A stretch of 64,000 nt of DNA from Candidatus Methylomirabilota bacterium (GTDB lineage Bacteria; Acidobacteriota; Thermoanaerobaculia; Thermoanaerobaculales; Sulfomarinibacteraceae), in assembly GCA_035464095.1 (NCBI GenBank), contig DATHSO010000081.1, forward strand, positions 604 to 64,603, read 5' to 3'. Within the stretch, counting starts at the first letter, position 1, and each line of letters starts with the position of its first letter. The position numbers were made by a program, and so were the translations under genes. Shown piece after piece: positions 20,199 through 28,593 of this stretch. Below the pieces are notes generated by a model that had not been told where the DNA came from, made no database searches, and saw only the letters and a program-made list of their open reading frames with translations.

Positions 20199-20738
20199 GT
20201 GACCACCAGCTGTGAGGCGATCCAGTCCCGCCTCGTCGAGCATCTCGGCGAGGTCGAGCGGCTGGCCGACGGCGAACGGCGGCACGTGGAGCAGTGCCCG
20301 CAGTGTTGCGAGGCCGCGGCCGCCGAGCGCGCCCTGGCCCGGATCTTCGCCAGGGCCCTGCCGCCCGCCGATCCCGAGCTCGAGGCCCGGGTGCTGGCCG
20401 CCATCGGGCCCGCCCGACGGCGCCGGCGGGTGCTCGCCCTGCTGCCGGTGGCGGCGTCGCTGTTCGTCGCCCTGCTCGGGGCGGTGCTCCTCGGCGGCCT
20501 GCCGGGGGGCAGCCTGCTCGCGCTACTGCCGATGTGGTCGTCCCAGGGCTGGGTGTCCCTGGCGGCCACCATGAGCGACTGGGGGACCGCCATCGGCACC
20601 GCCGTCGGGGCCGCCGGGAACCTGGTGGCGCCCGGGATGGTCGTCGTCGCCGCGCTCCTCGGCCTGCTGGGGGTGACCGTGGTCGTGGCCGCGGTTCGGC
20701 GCTGGCGGCGAGTCTCGCCATGGTCCGGCGGCCGCTGA
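20199..20738 (+). CDS. Anti-sigma factor (zf-HC2 type) with TM segment(s)
   Basis: Lies immediately downstream of the ECF sigma gene. H-x3-C-x2-C motif (HVEQCPQCC). Hydrophobic C-terminal half. Confidence 0.7.
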   Translation: MTTSCEAIQSRLVEHLGEVERLADGERRHVEQCPQCCEAAAAERALARIFARALPPADPELEARVLAAIGPARRRRRVLALLPVAASLFVALLGAVLLGGLPGGSLLALLPMWSSQGWVSLAATMSDWGTAIGTAVGAAGNLVAPGMVVVAALLGLLGVTVVVAAVRRWRRVSPWSGGR

Positions 20739-21580
20739 CCGGCCTGCTCGGGCTCGCGCTCGCCGTGGCGGCCCTCCCGGTGGCTGCCGCGGCCTCGCCG
20801 CGCACCACCGTCTTCAACGACCTGGTGATCGACGAGCCGGTGGCCGGCGACGTGGTCGCCTTCGAGGCCGACGTCCGGCTCGGCCCCCGGGCCGACGTCG
20901 CCGGCGACGTGGTGGTCATCGGCGGCGAGCTGGAGCTCGCGGACGGCGCCCGGGTGGGGCGCCACGTGGTGGCCGTGTTCGGCTGTCTGCGAGCCGATCC
21001 CGGGGCGGTCGTGGCGGGCCGGACCCTGGTCTTCTCGTCCCTGTCGGCGGTCGCGCTGCGCCCCGACGGCGGGGAGTCGCTGCAGGTCGACCTGGCGGTC
21101 CGCCTGCTCTCCTCGGGCGGCTGGCTGCTGGTCACCACCGCCCTGGCCTTCGGCTTCTCCGCCCGCCTCAGGTTCGGGGTCTGGCTGCTGCCCGGGCTGG
21201 GGCTCAGGGTGCTCGTCCTCGGCGTGGCCGCCGGCCTCACATTCTTCGCCGCGGTCGTGGCCGCTCTGGGCCTGGGGCCGTCCCTCGGGATGCCCCTGGC
21301 GGCGGCCCTGACCGTCGTCTTCTTCGCGGTCCGCGCGGTCGGTCTCACCGTCATCGGCGGCTTTCTGGGCGCGGCCCTGCTGCGCTGGCGGTCGCTGTCG
21401 CCCCTGCCCTTGACCCTCGAGGTCTTCCTCGGGGTGCTCGTGCTGGAGGTCGCGCGCTTCGTGCCGCTCATCGGCGGGGTGGTGTGGAGCCTGTGCGCCG
21501 TGGCGGCGCTCGGCGCCGGGATCCTGACCCTGGCAGCCGACCCGCGGGCGGCGGTCGCCGTCAGCCCGGGGCCGGGCTAG
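20720..21580 (+). CDS. Membrane protein with N-terminal bactofilin-like beta-helix repeats
   Basis: ATG 20720 overlaps the anti-sigma gene. Signal peptide, repeats (AGDVVAFEADVRLGPRADVAGDVVVIGGELELADGARVGRHVV), then about 6 TM helices. Confidence 0.6.
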   Translation: MVRRPLTGLLGLALAVAALPVAAAASPRTTVFNDLVIDEPVAGDVVAFEADVRLGPRADVAGDVVVIGGELELADGARVGRHVVAVFGCLRADPGAVVAGRTLVFSSLSAVALRPDGGESLQVDLAVRLLSSGGWLLVTTALAFGFSARLRFGVWLLPGLGLRVLVLGVAAGLTFFAAVVAALGLGPSLGMPLAAALTVVFFAVRAVGLTVIGGFLGAALLRWRSLSPLPLTLEVFLGVLVLEVARFVPLIGGVVWSLCAVAALGAGILTLAADPRAAVAVSPGPG

Positions 21581-21606
21581 CCACTCACCCGGCCTGATGG
21601 TATACT
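21578..21606 (+). promoter_or_regulatory. Candidate sigma-70 promoter with extended -10 (TAGCCA-N17-TATACT; the last 3 spacer nt are TGg)
   Basis: tagcca..cctgaTGgTATACT lies ~27 nt upstream of the GTG 21633 start of the yceD-rpmF-plsX cluster. It would make the track's ATG 21597 start non-functional. Confidence 0.35.
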
Positions 21607-21632
21607 CCCGCCCCTTGTGGGGAGAGGTGTGC

Positions 21633-22163
21633 GTGACCATCGACCTTTCCAAGATCGAACGCGAGCCGGTGGCCTTCGACGAGCGCTTCGACCTCGCCGG
21701 AGACCGGCTCGACGCTGACCGGGTCGCCGGACCCGTCGCGGTCCGGGTCCGGGGAAGGGTGCGCCCGGTGGCGGGCCGCTACCTGGTCGAGGGTCGCGCG
21801 AGCGCCAGCGGGGCGCTGACCTGCGGCCGCTGCCTCGAGCCCGTGGACTGGGAGATGGAGACCGCCTTCGACGTCGAGCTGGTCCTGGCCGAAGCGGCCC
21901 CCCTCGCCGACGAGCTCGCCCTCGACGAGGACGAGCTCGACGTGGTGTTCCTGACCGAGCCGGTCCTCGACCTCGAGGAGCTGGCGGTCGAGCAGGTGCT
22001 GCTCGAGCTGCCGATCCGCGTGCTGTGCGACGAAGAGTGCGCCGGGCTGTGTCCGCGCTGCGGGGCCAACCGCAACGTCGACTCATCCTGCCGCTGTGAG
22101 CCCGAGCCCGACCCCCGGTGGGCCGCTCTCGGCGAACTGACGAGCCCCGGATCGGACAACTGA
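21633..22163 (+). CDS. yceD: YceD/DUF177 family protein (ribosomal large-subunit accumulation protein)
   Basis: Conserved position upstream of rpmF. Cys motifs CGRC and CAGLCPRCG. GTG 21633 is preceded by GGGGAGAGG. Confidence 0.8.
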   Translation: MTIDLSKIEREPVAFDERFDLAGDRLDADRVAGPVAVRVRGRVRPVAGRYLVEGRASASGALTCGRCLEPVDWEMETAFDVELVLAEAAPLADELALDEDELDVVFLTEPVLDLEELAVEQVLLELPIRVLCDEECAGLCPRCGANRNVDSSCRCEPEPDPRWAALGELTSPGSDN

Positions 22164-22190
22164 TCCGGCGAGACGGAATGGAGATCACGG

Positions 22191-22376
22191 ATGCCCAATC
22201 CCAAGCGTCGTCACACGAGAACGCGTCGCGACAAGCGGCGCTCACACCACAGCCTGGTGCCCCCCGGCTGGAGCCTCTGCACGTCGTGCTTCGAGCCCAA
22301 GCCGCCGCACCAGGTGTGCCCGCACTGCGGCAGCTACAAGGGCCGCGAGGTCATCGAGGTCGAGGAGCTCGACTAG
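22191..22376 (+). CDS. rpmF: 50S ribosomal protein L32
   Basis: MPNPKRRHTRTRRDKRRSHH..CPHCGSYK. Confidence 0.95.
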   Translation: MPNPKRRHTRTRRDKRRSHHSLVPPGWSLCTSCFEPKPPHQVCPHCGSYKGREVIEVEELD

Positions 22377-22425
22377 GGGCCGGCCGGGACGTGGCGGCCC
22401 CGACCCTCGACCGGACGGGCGGCTG

Positions 22426-23454
22426 ATGGCTGCCCGGGCCATCGCTCTCGACGCCATGGGCGGCGACGGCACGCCCCAGATCCGCATTCAGGGCGCCCTG
22501 GATGCGGTCGCCGACTACGGCCTCGAGGTCTTCCTTGTCGGCCCGATCCGCCGCCTCAAGCGCGAGATCGGAAGGCTGCGGTCGCTGCCGAGCGGGCTCG
22601 AGCTGGTGGACGCCACCGACGTCGTCGGCATGGACGACCCGCCGGTCTCGGTGCTGCGGGGCAAGCGCAACTCGTCGCTGTCGGTGTGCGCCGAGCTGGT
22701 CCGCAGCGGCCGGGCCGCGGCCATGGTCACCGCCGGCAACACCGGCGCCGCCTGGGTCGCCGCCAAGACCTCCCTGGGCATGATCGGCGGCGTCGACCGG
22801 CCGGCCCTGGCCGCCATCCTGCCCAAGATCGACAGCCACACCCTGGTGCTCGACGTCGGCGCCAACGTCGAGGCCAAGCCCCACCAGCTCCTCCAATTCG
22901 CGGTCATGGGCTCGTACTACGCGTCCGCCGTGCTCGGCGTCGACAACCCGCGGGTGGGCCTGCTGTCGGTGGGCGAGGAGGAGGGCAAGGGCGGCCCGAG
23001 GATGAGGCGCCACTACCAGGTGCTCAAGAGCACCGGCATCAACTTCATCGGCAACGTCGAGGGTCGGGACGTGTTCACCGGCAACGTCGACGTGGTGGTC
23101 TGCGACGGCTTCACCGGCAACGTGGTCCTCAAGGTCGCCGAGGGGCTCGGTGAGATGGTGGTCGGAATGCTCAAGGAGGAGGCCCGGCAGTCGCCCCTCT
23201 ACGGCGCCGGCCTGGTCCTCGCCAAGGGCGCCTTCCTCAACCTCAAGCGCAAGGTCGACTACTCGGAGCACGGCGGCGCCCCCCTGCTCGGGGTCAACGG
23301 CGCCTGCCTGATCGGCCACGGCCGCTCGACCGCCAAGGCGATCCGGAACGCGATCCGCTTCGCCGACTCCTACGCGGCGAGCGGCGTCATCGACAGCATC
23401 CGGGACAAGATCCTCGAGGTCCTGGCGGTGCCCGAGCTGAAGGACCACGTCTGA
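22426..23454 (+). CDS. plsX: Phosphate acyltransferase PlsX
   Basis: IALDAMGGD N-terminus. 342 aa. Canonical position between rpmF and fabH. Confidence 0.95.
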   Translation: MAARAIALDAMGGDGTPQIRIQGALDAVADYGLEVFLVGPIRRLKREIGRLRSLPSGLELVDATDVVGMDDPPVSVLRGKRNSSLSVCAELVRSGRAAAMVTAGNTGAAWVAAKTSLGMIGGVDRPALAAILPKIDSHTLVLDVGANVEAKPHQLLQFAVMGSYYASAVLGVDNPRVGLLSVGEEEGKGGPRMRRHYQVLKSTGINFIGNVEGRDVFTGNVDVVVCDGFTGNVVLKVAEGLGEMVVGMLKEEARQSPLYGAGLVLAKGAFLNLKRKVDYSEHGGAPLLGVNGACLIGHGRSTAKAIRNAIRFADSYAASGVIDSIRDKILEVLAVPELKDHV

Positions 23455-23455
23455 C

Positions 23456-24454
23456 ATGCACGATCGCTTCGTCAGAACCGCGAAGATCGTCGGGCTCGGG
23501 GCCTGCCTGCCCGAGAAGGTGCTGACCAACCGCGACCTGGAGGCCCTGGTCGACACCAGCGACGAGTGGATCGTGACCCGCACCGGGATCCGCGAGCGGC
23601 GGATCGTCGCCGAGGACGAGGCCCTGTCCGACCTGGTGGTTCGGGCAGGGCGCGCCGCCCTCGCCGACGCCCGGGTCGATCCCGCCGAGGTCGACCTCAT
23701 GATCCTCGCGACGGCGACGGTCGATCAGCCGATCCCCGCCACCTCGGCCATCGTCCAGCCCCGGCTCGGGATCTTCAACGCGGCCTGCTTCGACCTGTCG
23801 GCGGCCTGCTCGGGCTTCACCTACGCCCTCAACGTCGGCCGCCAGTTCATCGCCACCGGCGAGGCCCGGACGGTGCTGGTGGTCGGGGCGGAGTGCCTCA
23901 GCCGCTATCTGGACTGGACCGACCGCACCACCTGCGTCCTGTTCGGCGACGGCGCCGGGGCGGTGGTGCTCCGGCCCGGCGAGCCCGGCGAGGGCATCCT
24001 CCACATCCGGTGGCGCACCGACGGCCGCTTCGCGGACCTCATCGCCATGCCGGGCGGCGGCTGCCGCTACCCGCCGCACAGCGTCGAGTCGATCGAGGCC
24101 AGGCTGCCGTTCATCAAGATGAAGGGCAACGAGACCTTCAAGGTCGCGGTGCGGTCGCTGACCGAGCTCAGCCAGGAGGTCATGGCGGCGGCCGGCATCG
24201 GCCCCGGGGAGGTCGACCTCTTCATCCCCCACCAGGCCAATCTGCGGATCATCCAGGCGGTGGGCAGCCGCCTCGGCCTCAGCGACGAGCAGGTCTTCAC
24301 CAACGTCGAGCGGGTCGGCAACACCTCGGCGGCGTCGATCCCCCTGGCCATGGTGGAGGCCCGCGACCAGGGCCGACTGGCCGCCGGCGACCTGCTGCTG
24401 ACCTCCGCCTTCGGCGGCGGCCTGACCTGGGCCTCGTCCCTGATCCGCTTCTGA
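23456..24454 (+). CDS. fabH: 3-oxoacyl-ACP synthase III
   Basis: TSDEWIVTRTGIRERR, active-site region ACSGFTYAL, HQANLRI, GNTSAASIP. Confidence 0.95.
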   Translation: MHDRFVRTAKIVGLGACLPEKVLTNRDLEALVDTSDEWIVTRTGIRERRIVAEDEALSDLVVRAGRAALADARVDPAEVDLMILATATVDQPIPATSAIVQPRLGIFNAACFDLSAACSGFTYALNVGRQFIATGEARTVLVVGAECLSRYLDWTDRTTCVLFGDGAGAVVLRPGEPGEGILHIRWRTDGRFADLIAMPGGGCRYPPHSVESIEARLPFIKMKGNETFKVAVRSLTELSQEVMAAAGIGPGEVDLFIPHQANLRIIQAVGSRLGLSDEQVFTNVERVGNTSAASIPLAMVEARDQGRLAAGDLLLTSAFGGGLTWASSLIRF

Positions 24455-24481
24455 CCGAGAGCCGCCGTCAAGGGAGGCGAC

Positions 24482-25423
24482 ATGGCACGGATCGCAGCGC
24501 TGTTTCCGGGACAGGGGAGCCAGTCGGTGGGCATGGGCCGGGACCTGGCCGAGCGCTGGCCGGCCGCCGCCGCCGCCTTCGCCGAGATCGACGCCGGCCT
24601 CGGGCTGCCCCTGTCGACCCTGTGCTGGGAGGGCCCGGAGGAGGACCTCCGCCTCACCACCAACACCCAGCCCGCGCTGCTCGCCCACTCGGTGGCGGCG
24701 TGGCGAGTGCTCACCGACCACGGCTTCTTTGTCGAGGCGGTGGCCGGCCACAGTCTCGGCGAGTACTCGGCTGTGGTGGCGGCAGGGGGCGTCACGGCGG
24801 TGGACGCGGCCCGGACCGTTCGCGAGCGCGGCCGCCTCATGCAGCAGGCGGTGCCGGTGGGCGAGGGGGCCATGGCGGCGGTCCTCGGACTCGACGACGA
24901 GCTGGTGACCGCGGTCTGCGCCGACGTCGCCCGAGACACCGGCGAGGCGGTGGTGGCGGCCAACTTCAACGCTCCCGGCCAGGTGGTGATCGCGGGCTCG
25001 GCCGCGGCGGTCGCCCGGGCGGTGGAGGAGCTCAAGGCGCGCGGCGCGCGGCGCGCCCTGCCGCTGCCGGTGTCCGCCCCCTTCCACTCGCCCCTGATGG
25101 CGCCGGCCCGGGAGGGCCTCGAGCCGGTCCTCGGCGAGCTCGCCCTGGCGGACCTCGGTCTGCCGCTCTATCGAAACGTGGACGCGACTCCGGTGCGCTC
25201 GGCCGACGAGGTCCGGGACGGCCTCGTCCGCCAGGTCGACGCGCCGGTGCTGTGGACCCAGACCATCAACCGGCTGCGCTCCGAAGGCTTCGACACCTTC
25301 GTCGAGGTCGGCTGCGGCAGCGTGCTCTGCGGGCTGGTCAAGCGCATCGACCGCTCGGTCACGTGCTACCCCGCCGGCACCGTCGACGAGATCGAGAAGG
25401 TGATATCCGAATTGGCGATCTGA
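24482..25423 (+). CDS. fabD: Malonyl CoA-ACP transacylase
   Basis: FPGQGSQSVGMG, GHSLGEYSA. Confidence 0.95.
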   Translation: MARIAALFPGQGSQSVGMGRDLAERWPAAAAAFAEIDAGLGLPLSTLCWEGPEEDLRLTTNTQPALLAHSVAAWRVLTDHGFFVEAVAGHSLGEYSAVVAAGGVTAVDAARTVRERGRLMQQAVPVGEGAMAAVLGLDDELVTAVCADVARDTGEAVVAANFNAPGQVVIAGSAAAVARAVEELKARGARRALPLPVSAPFHSPLMAPAREGLEPVLGELALADLGLPLYRNVDATPVRSADEVRDGLVRQVDAPVLWTQTINRLRSEGFDTFVEVGCGSVLCGLVKRIDRSVTCYPAGTVDEIEKVISELAI

Positions 25424-25425
25424 TC

Positions 25426-25489
25426 CTCCGATTTTTCAGTCGGTTTCGACGGGCGTCCCAGCCCGTCGAAACCGACTGAAAAATCGGAG
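25426..25489. repeat. Perfect 29-bp stem / 6-nt loop hairpin between fabD and fabG
   Basis: ctccgatttttcagtcggtttcgacgggc gtccca gcccgtcgaaaccgactgaaaaatcggag. It starts 2 nt after the fabD stop. No U-tract follows it. Confidence 0.9.
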
Positions 25490-25523
25490 ACACAAGCAAC
25501 CTCGAAACGAGCGGGAGGACCTC

Positions 25524-26261
25524 ATGGGTCACTTCGACGGCCAGGTCGCACTGATCACGGGCGGGGCGCGGGGGATTGGCGCGGAGATCGCGCGCCGGCT
25601 GGCCTCGGACGGCGCCCACGTGGTCTGCGCCGACGTCCTCGACACCGCCGACATCGTCGCCGACATCGGGAGCTCGGGGGGCTCGGCGGAGGGTCGGGTG
25701 CTGGACGTCACCGACGCCGGCACCGCCGCCGAGGTCGTGGGCTCGGTCCACGCCGCCCACGGCCGGCTCGACGTGCTGGTCAACAACGCCGGCATCACCC
25801 GCGACCAGCTGCTGGTCCGGATGAAACCGGAGGACTGGGATCTGGTCCTCCGGATCAACCTCGACGGCGCCTTCAAGGTCAGCCAGCCGGCGGCCAAGCT
25901 CATGATGAAGCAGCGCAGCGGCCGGATCGTCAACATCGCCTCGGTGGTCGGGCTCATGGGTAACGCCGGCCAGGCCAACTACGCCGCCTCCAAGGCCGGA
26001 CTGATCGGCTTCACCAAGGCGCTGGCCCGCGAGCTCGGGCCGCGCAACGTCACCGTCAACGCGGTGGCGCCGGGCTACATCCAGACCGCCATGACCGACG
26101 CCCTCAGCGACGACCAGCGCGCCGCGCTGATGAAGAGCGTCGCCATCCCGCGGCTCGGCGCTCCCGCCGACGTCGCCGACGCCGTCGCCTTCCTCGCCGG
26201 GCCCCACGCCTCCTACATCACCGGCGTCGTCCTCAACGTGTCGGGTGGGCTGTGCATGTAA
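25524..26261 (+). CDS. fabG: 3-oxoacyl-ACP reductase
   Basis: SDR motifs TGGARGIG, NNAG and YAASKAG. 245 aa. Confidence 0.95.
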   Translation: MGHFDGQVALITGGARGIGAEIARRLASDGAHVVCADVLDTADIVADIGSSGGSAEGRVLDVTDAGTAAEVVGSVHAAHGRLDVLVNNAGITRDQLLVRMKPEDWDLVLRINLDGAFKVSQPAAKLMMKQRSGRIVNIASVVGLMGNAGQANYAASKAGLIGFTKALARELGPRNVTVNAVAPGYIQTAMTDALSDDQRAALMKSVAIPRLGAPADVADAVAFLAGPHASYITGVVLNVSGGLCM

Positions 26262-26263
26262 AC

Positions 26264-26458
<195 letters not shown>

Positions 26459-26504
26459 GAAGGGACCAGTCGGCTCTGAGATACACTGATGACGGAGGTG
26501 CCCG

Positions 26505-26927
26505 ATGCCCGGCCGGATGAAGGTGAGCGACATCATGTCGACCGACGTCATCACCTTGATCGAGGACGAGACCCTGGCCCACGCCAAGAGCTGCATGGAC
26601 CGGGGCCGCATCCGCCACCTGCCCGTGGTCCGGGGCCGCAAGCTGGTCGGCCTGGTCACCCATCGCGACCTGCTCGCGGCGTCGTTCTCGATCTTCGCCG
26701 AGGTCGAGCCGGCCGAGCAGCGCCGGGTCTTCGTCACCATCCCGGTGGCCGAGTCCATGCACCGGGACGTGGTCACGGTCAAGCCCGACGACTCGGTGGC
26801 CGAGGTCGCCGGCATCCTGCTCGACAACAAGTACGGCTGCCTGCCGGTGGTCGACGAGGCCGGCGACCTGGTCGGGATCGTCACCGAGGCCGACTTCCTC
26901 CGGCTCACCGTGCGCCTGCTGGCATGA
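26505..26927 (+). CDS. CBS domain pair protein
   Basis: 140 aa. Two CBS units (VSDIMSTDVITL..GRIRHLPVV and VAESMHRDVVTV..GCLPVVDEAGDLVGIVTEADF). RBS GGAGG. Confidence 0.85.
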   Translation: MPGRMKVSDIMSTDVITLIEDETLAHAKSCMDRGRIRHLPVVRGRKLVGLVTHRDLLAASFSIFAEVEPAEQRRVFVTIPVAESMHRDVVTVKPDDSVAEVAGILLDNKYGCLPVVDEAGDLVGIVTEADFLRLTVRLLA

Positions 26928-27448
26928 CCGCCCTCGACTGGGGGCTGGTCGCGGTCGGGGTCGGCATCGCCCTGGCCGGCTTCTGGAAGGGCGCGGTCCG
27001 CCTGGTCTTCGGACTCGGAGGGGTCGCTCTGGGCGTCTGGCTCGCGGTGGTCGCCGGCGAGGGGCTCGGCGATGTCCTCACCGGCGTGCTGGGTGACGGC
27101 TGGCTGGCGCTCGGGCTCGGTTACGTGCTGCCGGTGGTGGTGGTGGCGGGGCTGTGCCAGCTCGCCGGCTGGGGCCTGGAGCGGACCCTGGAGCAGGCCA
27201 AGCTCGGCTGGGTCAACCGCCTCGTCGGGTGCGCTCTCTCCGGCGCTGCCGCGGCGGTGGTGCTGTCCCTGCTGCTGCTGACCGCGGTCGCGCTGTCCCC
27301 CGAGGTCGCCCGCTACGAGGAGGACTCGCTGCTCCTCGAGACCGCGCGCCGGGCCATGGGCCGGGCGGCGCCGGCTCAGCCGGCTGCGGCGCCGGCCGAG
27401 GCCGAGGACGGGGGCGGCGACGACGCGGGGTCCCCGAGCGGTCGGTAG
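26924..27448 (+). CDS. cvpA: CvpA-family membrane protein
   Basis: ATG 26924 overlaps the CBS gene stop (ATGA). Four hydrophobic helices starting with LDWGLVAVGVGIALAGFWKG. Low-complexity tail. Confidence 0.7.
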   Translation: MTALDWGLVAVGVGIALAGFWKGAVRLVFGLGGVALGVWLAVVAGEGLGDVLTGVLGDGWLALGLGYVLPVVVVAGLCQLAGWGLERTLEQAKLGWVNRLVGCALSGAAAAVVLSLLLLTAVALSPEVARYEEDSLLLETARRAMGRAAPAQPAAAPAEAEDGGGDDAGSPSGR

Positions 27449-28536
27449 AGGGTGTCCCGCAGCACCGGCGTGCGTCCGGCCTCGCGGATCAGCCGCTCCA
27501 GGCGGCGCCGCGGCAGCCCGGTGCCGGCGGCGCCGCCCGCGGCCCGGGTGATGCGCTCATCCACGACGGTGCCGTCGAGGTCGTCGGCGCCGAAGGCGAG
27601 GGCGACCTGGGCGACCTTCTCGCCGAGCATGATCCAGTAGGCCTTGAGGTGGGGCACGTTGTCGAGCAGGAGGCGGCACAGGGCCATGGTCTGCAGGTCG
27701 AGGCGGCCGCCGGTGGGCGGCAGGTGGTCGAGGCGGGTGTTGGCCGGGTGGAAGGCGAGCGGGATCATGCACTGGAAGCCGCCGGTTTCGTCCTGGAGCC
27801 CGCGCAGGGCGAGGAGGTGGTCGACCCGCTCGGCGGCGGTCTCCACGTGGCCGTAGAGCATGGTGCAGTTGGTGTGCAGGCCGGCCCGGTGGACCTCGCG
27901 AGCCACCTGGAGCCAGCGCGAGCCGTCGGTCTTGTGGCTGCAGATCCGCCGCCGCACCCGCTCGGCGAAGATCTCGGCGCCGCCGCCGGGGCAGGAGTCG
28001 AGGCCCGCCGCGCGCAGCCGGGCGATGAGCTCGCCCAGGGGCAGGCGTGACGCCGAAGCGACAAAGTCGAGCTCGACCATGGTCAGGGCCTTGAGGTGGA
28101 CCCACGGGAAACGCGCCTTCAGCGACCGGAACAGCGCCTCGTAGTACTCCACGAGCAGCTCGGGATGGAGCCCGCCGACGATGTGCAGCTCCGACACCGT
28201 CTCGTCCACGTCGCGAGCCGCTGCCGCCACCGCCTCGTCGACGGTGAGGGTGAAGCCGCGCTCGCGATGCCGCCACCCCACCGCGTAGGCGCACAGGGTG
28301 CACGAGGCGACGCAGACGTTGGTCGGGTTGAGGTGGCGGTTGACGTTGAAGTAGGCGCGGTCGCCGTGCAGGCGCTCGCGCACCAGGTTGGCGAGCCGGC
28401 CGACCCCGAGCAGGTCGTCGGTGGTGGCCAGGAGGAGGCCGTCGGCCCGGTCGAGGCGCTCCCCGGCCAGGACCTTGGCGGCGACGGGTTCGAGTCGGGG
28501 ATCCCGCAGTCTGAGGCGGTCCGGCGTCGCGGTCAT
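27376..28536 (-). CDS. Radical SAM enzyme of the futalosine menaquinone pathway (MqnE/MqnC/CofH family)
   Basis: CxxxCxxC motif in NVCVASCTLCAY. Family-typical HIVGGLHPE, TNCTMLYGHVET and FGADDLDGTV. MqnE and MqnC cannot be distinguished by eye. ATG 28536 (MTATPDRL) is preferred over 28569. Confidence 0.8.
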   Translation of the reverse strand: MTATPDRLRLRDPRLEPVAAKVLAGERLDRADGLLLATTDDLLGVGRLANLVRERLHGDRAYFNVNRHLNPTNVCVASCTLCAYAVGWRHRERGFTLTVDEAVAAAARDVDETVSELHIVGGLHPELLVEYYEALFRSLKARFPWVHLKALTMVELDFVASASRLPLGELIARLRAAGLDSCPGGGAEIFAERVRRRICSHKTDGSRWLQVAREVHRAGLHTNCTMLYGHVETAAERVDHLLALRGLQDETGGFQCMIPLAFHPANTRLDHLPPTGGRLDLQTMALCRLLLDNVPHLKAYWIMLGEKVAQVALAFGADDLDGTVVDERITRAAGGAAGTGLPRRRLERLIREAGRTPVLRDTLYRPLGDPASSPPPSSASAGAAAG

Positions 28537-28593
28537 CGAGCGATTATCGCTGAGACGGGTTCTCGCCACAAGGCGGAGGTCCCGACCGCGGTC

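Noticed and set aside
28539-28551. Palindrome AGCGAT-T-ATCGCT immediately upstream of the mqn-type radical SAM start.
   Set aside because: It is short (6+1+6) and overlaps the alternative upstream start region of the same ORF. There is no supporting context, so it is noted but not called.
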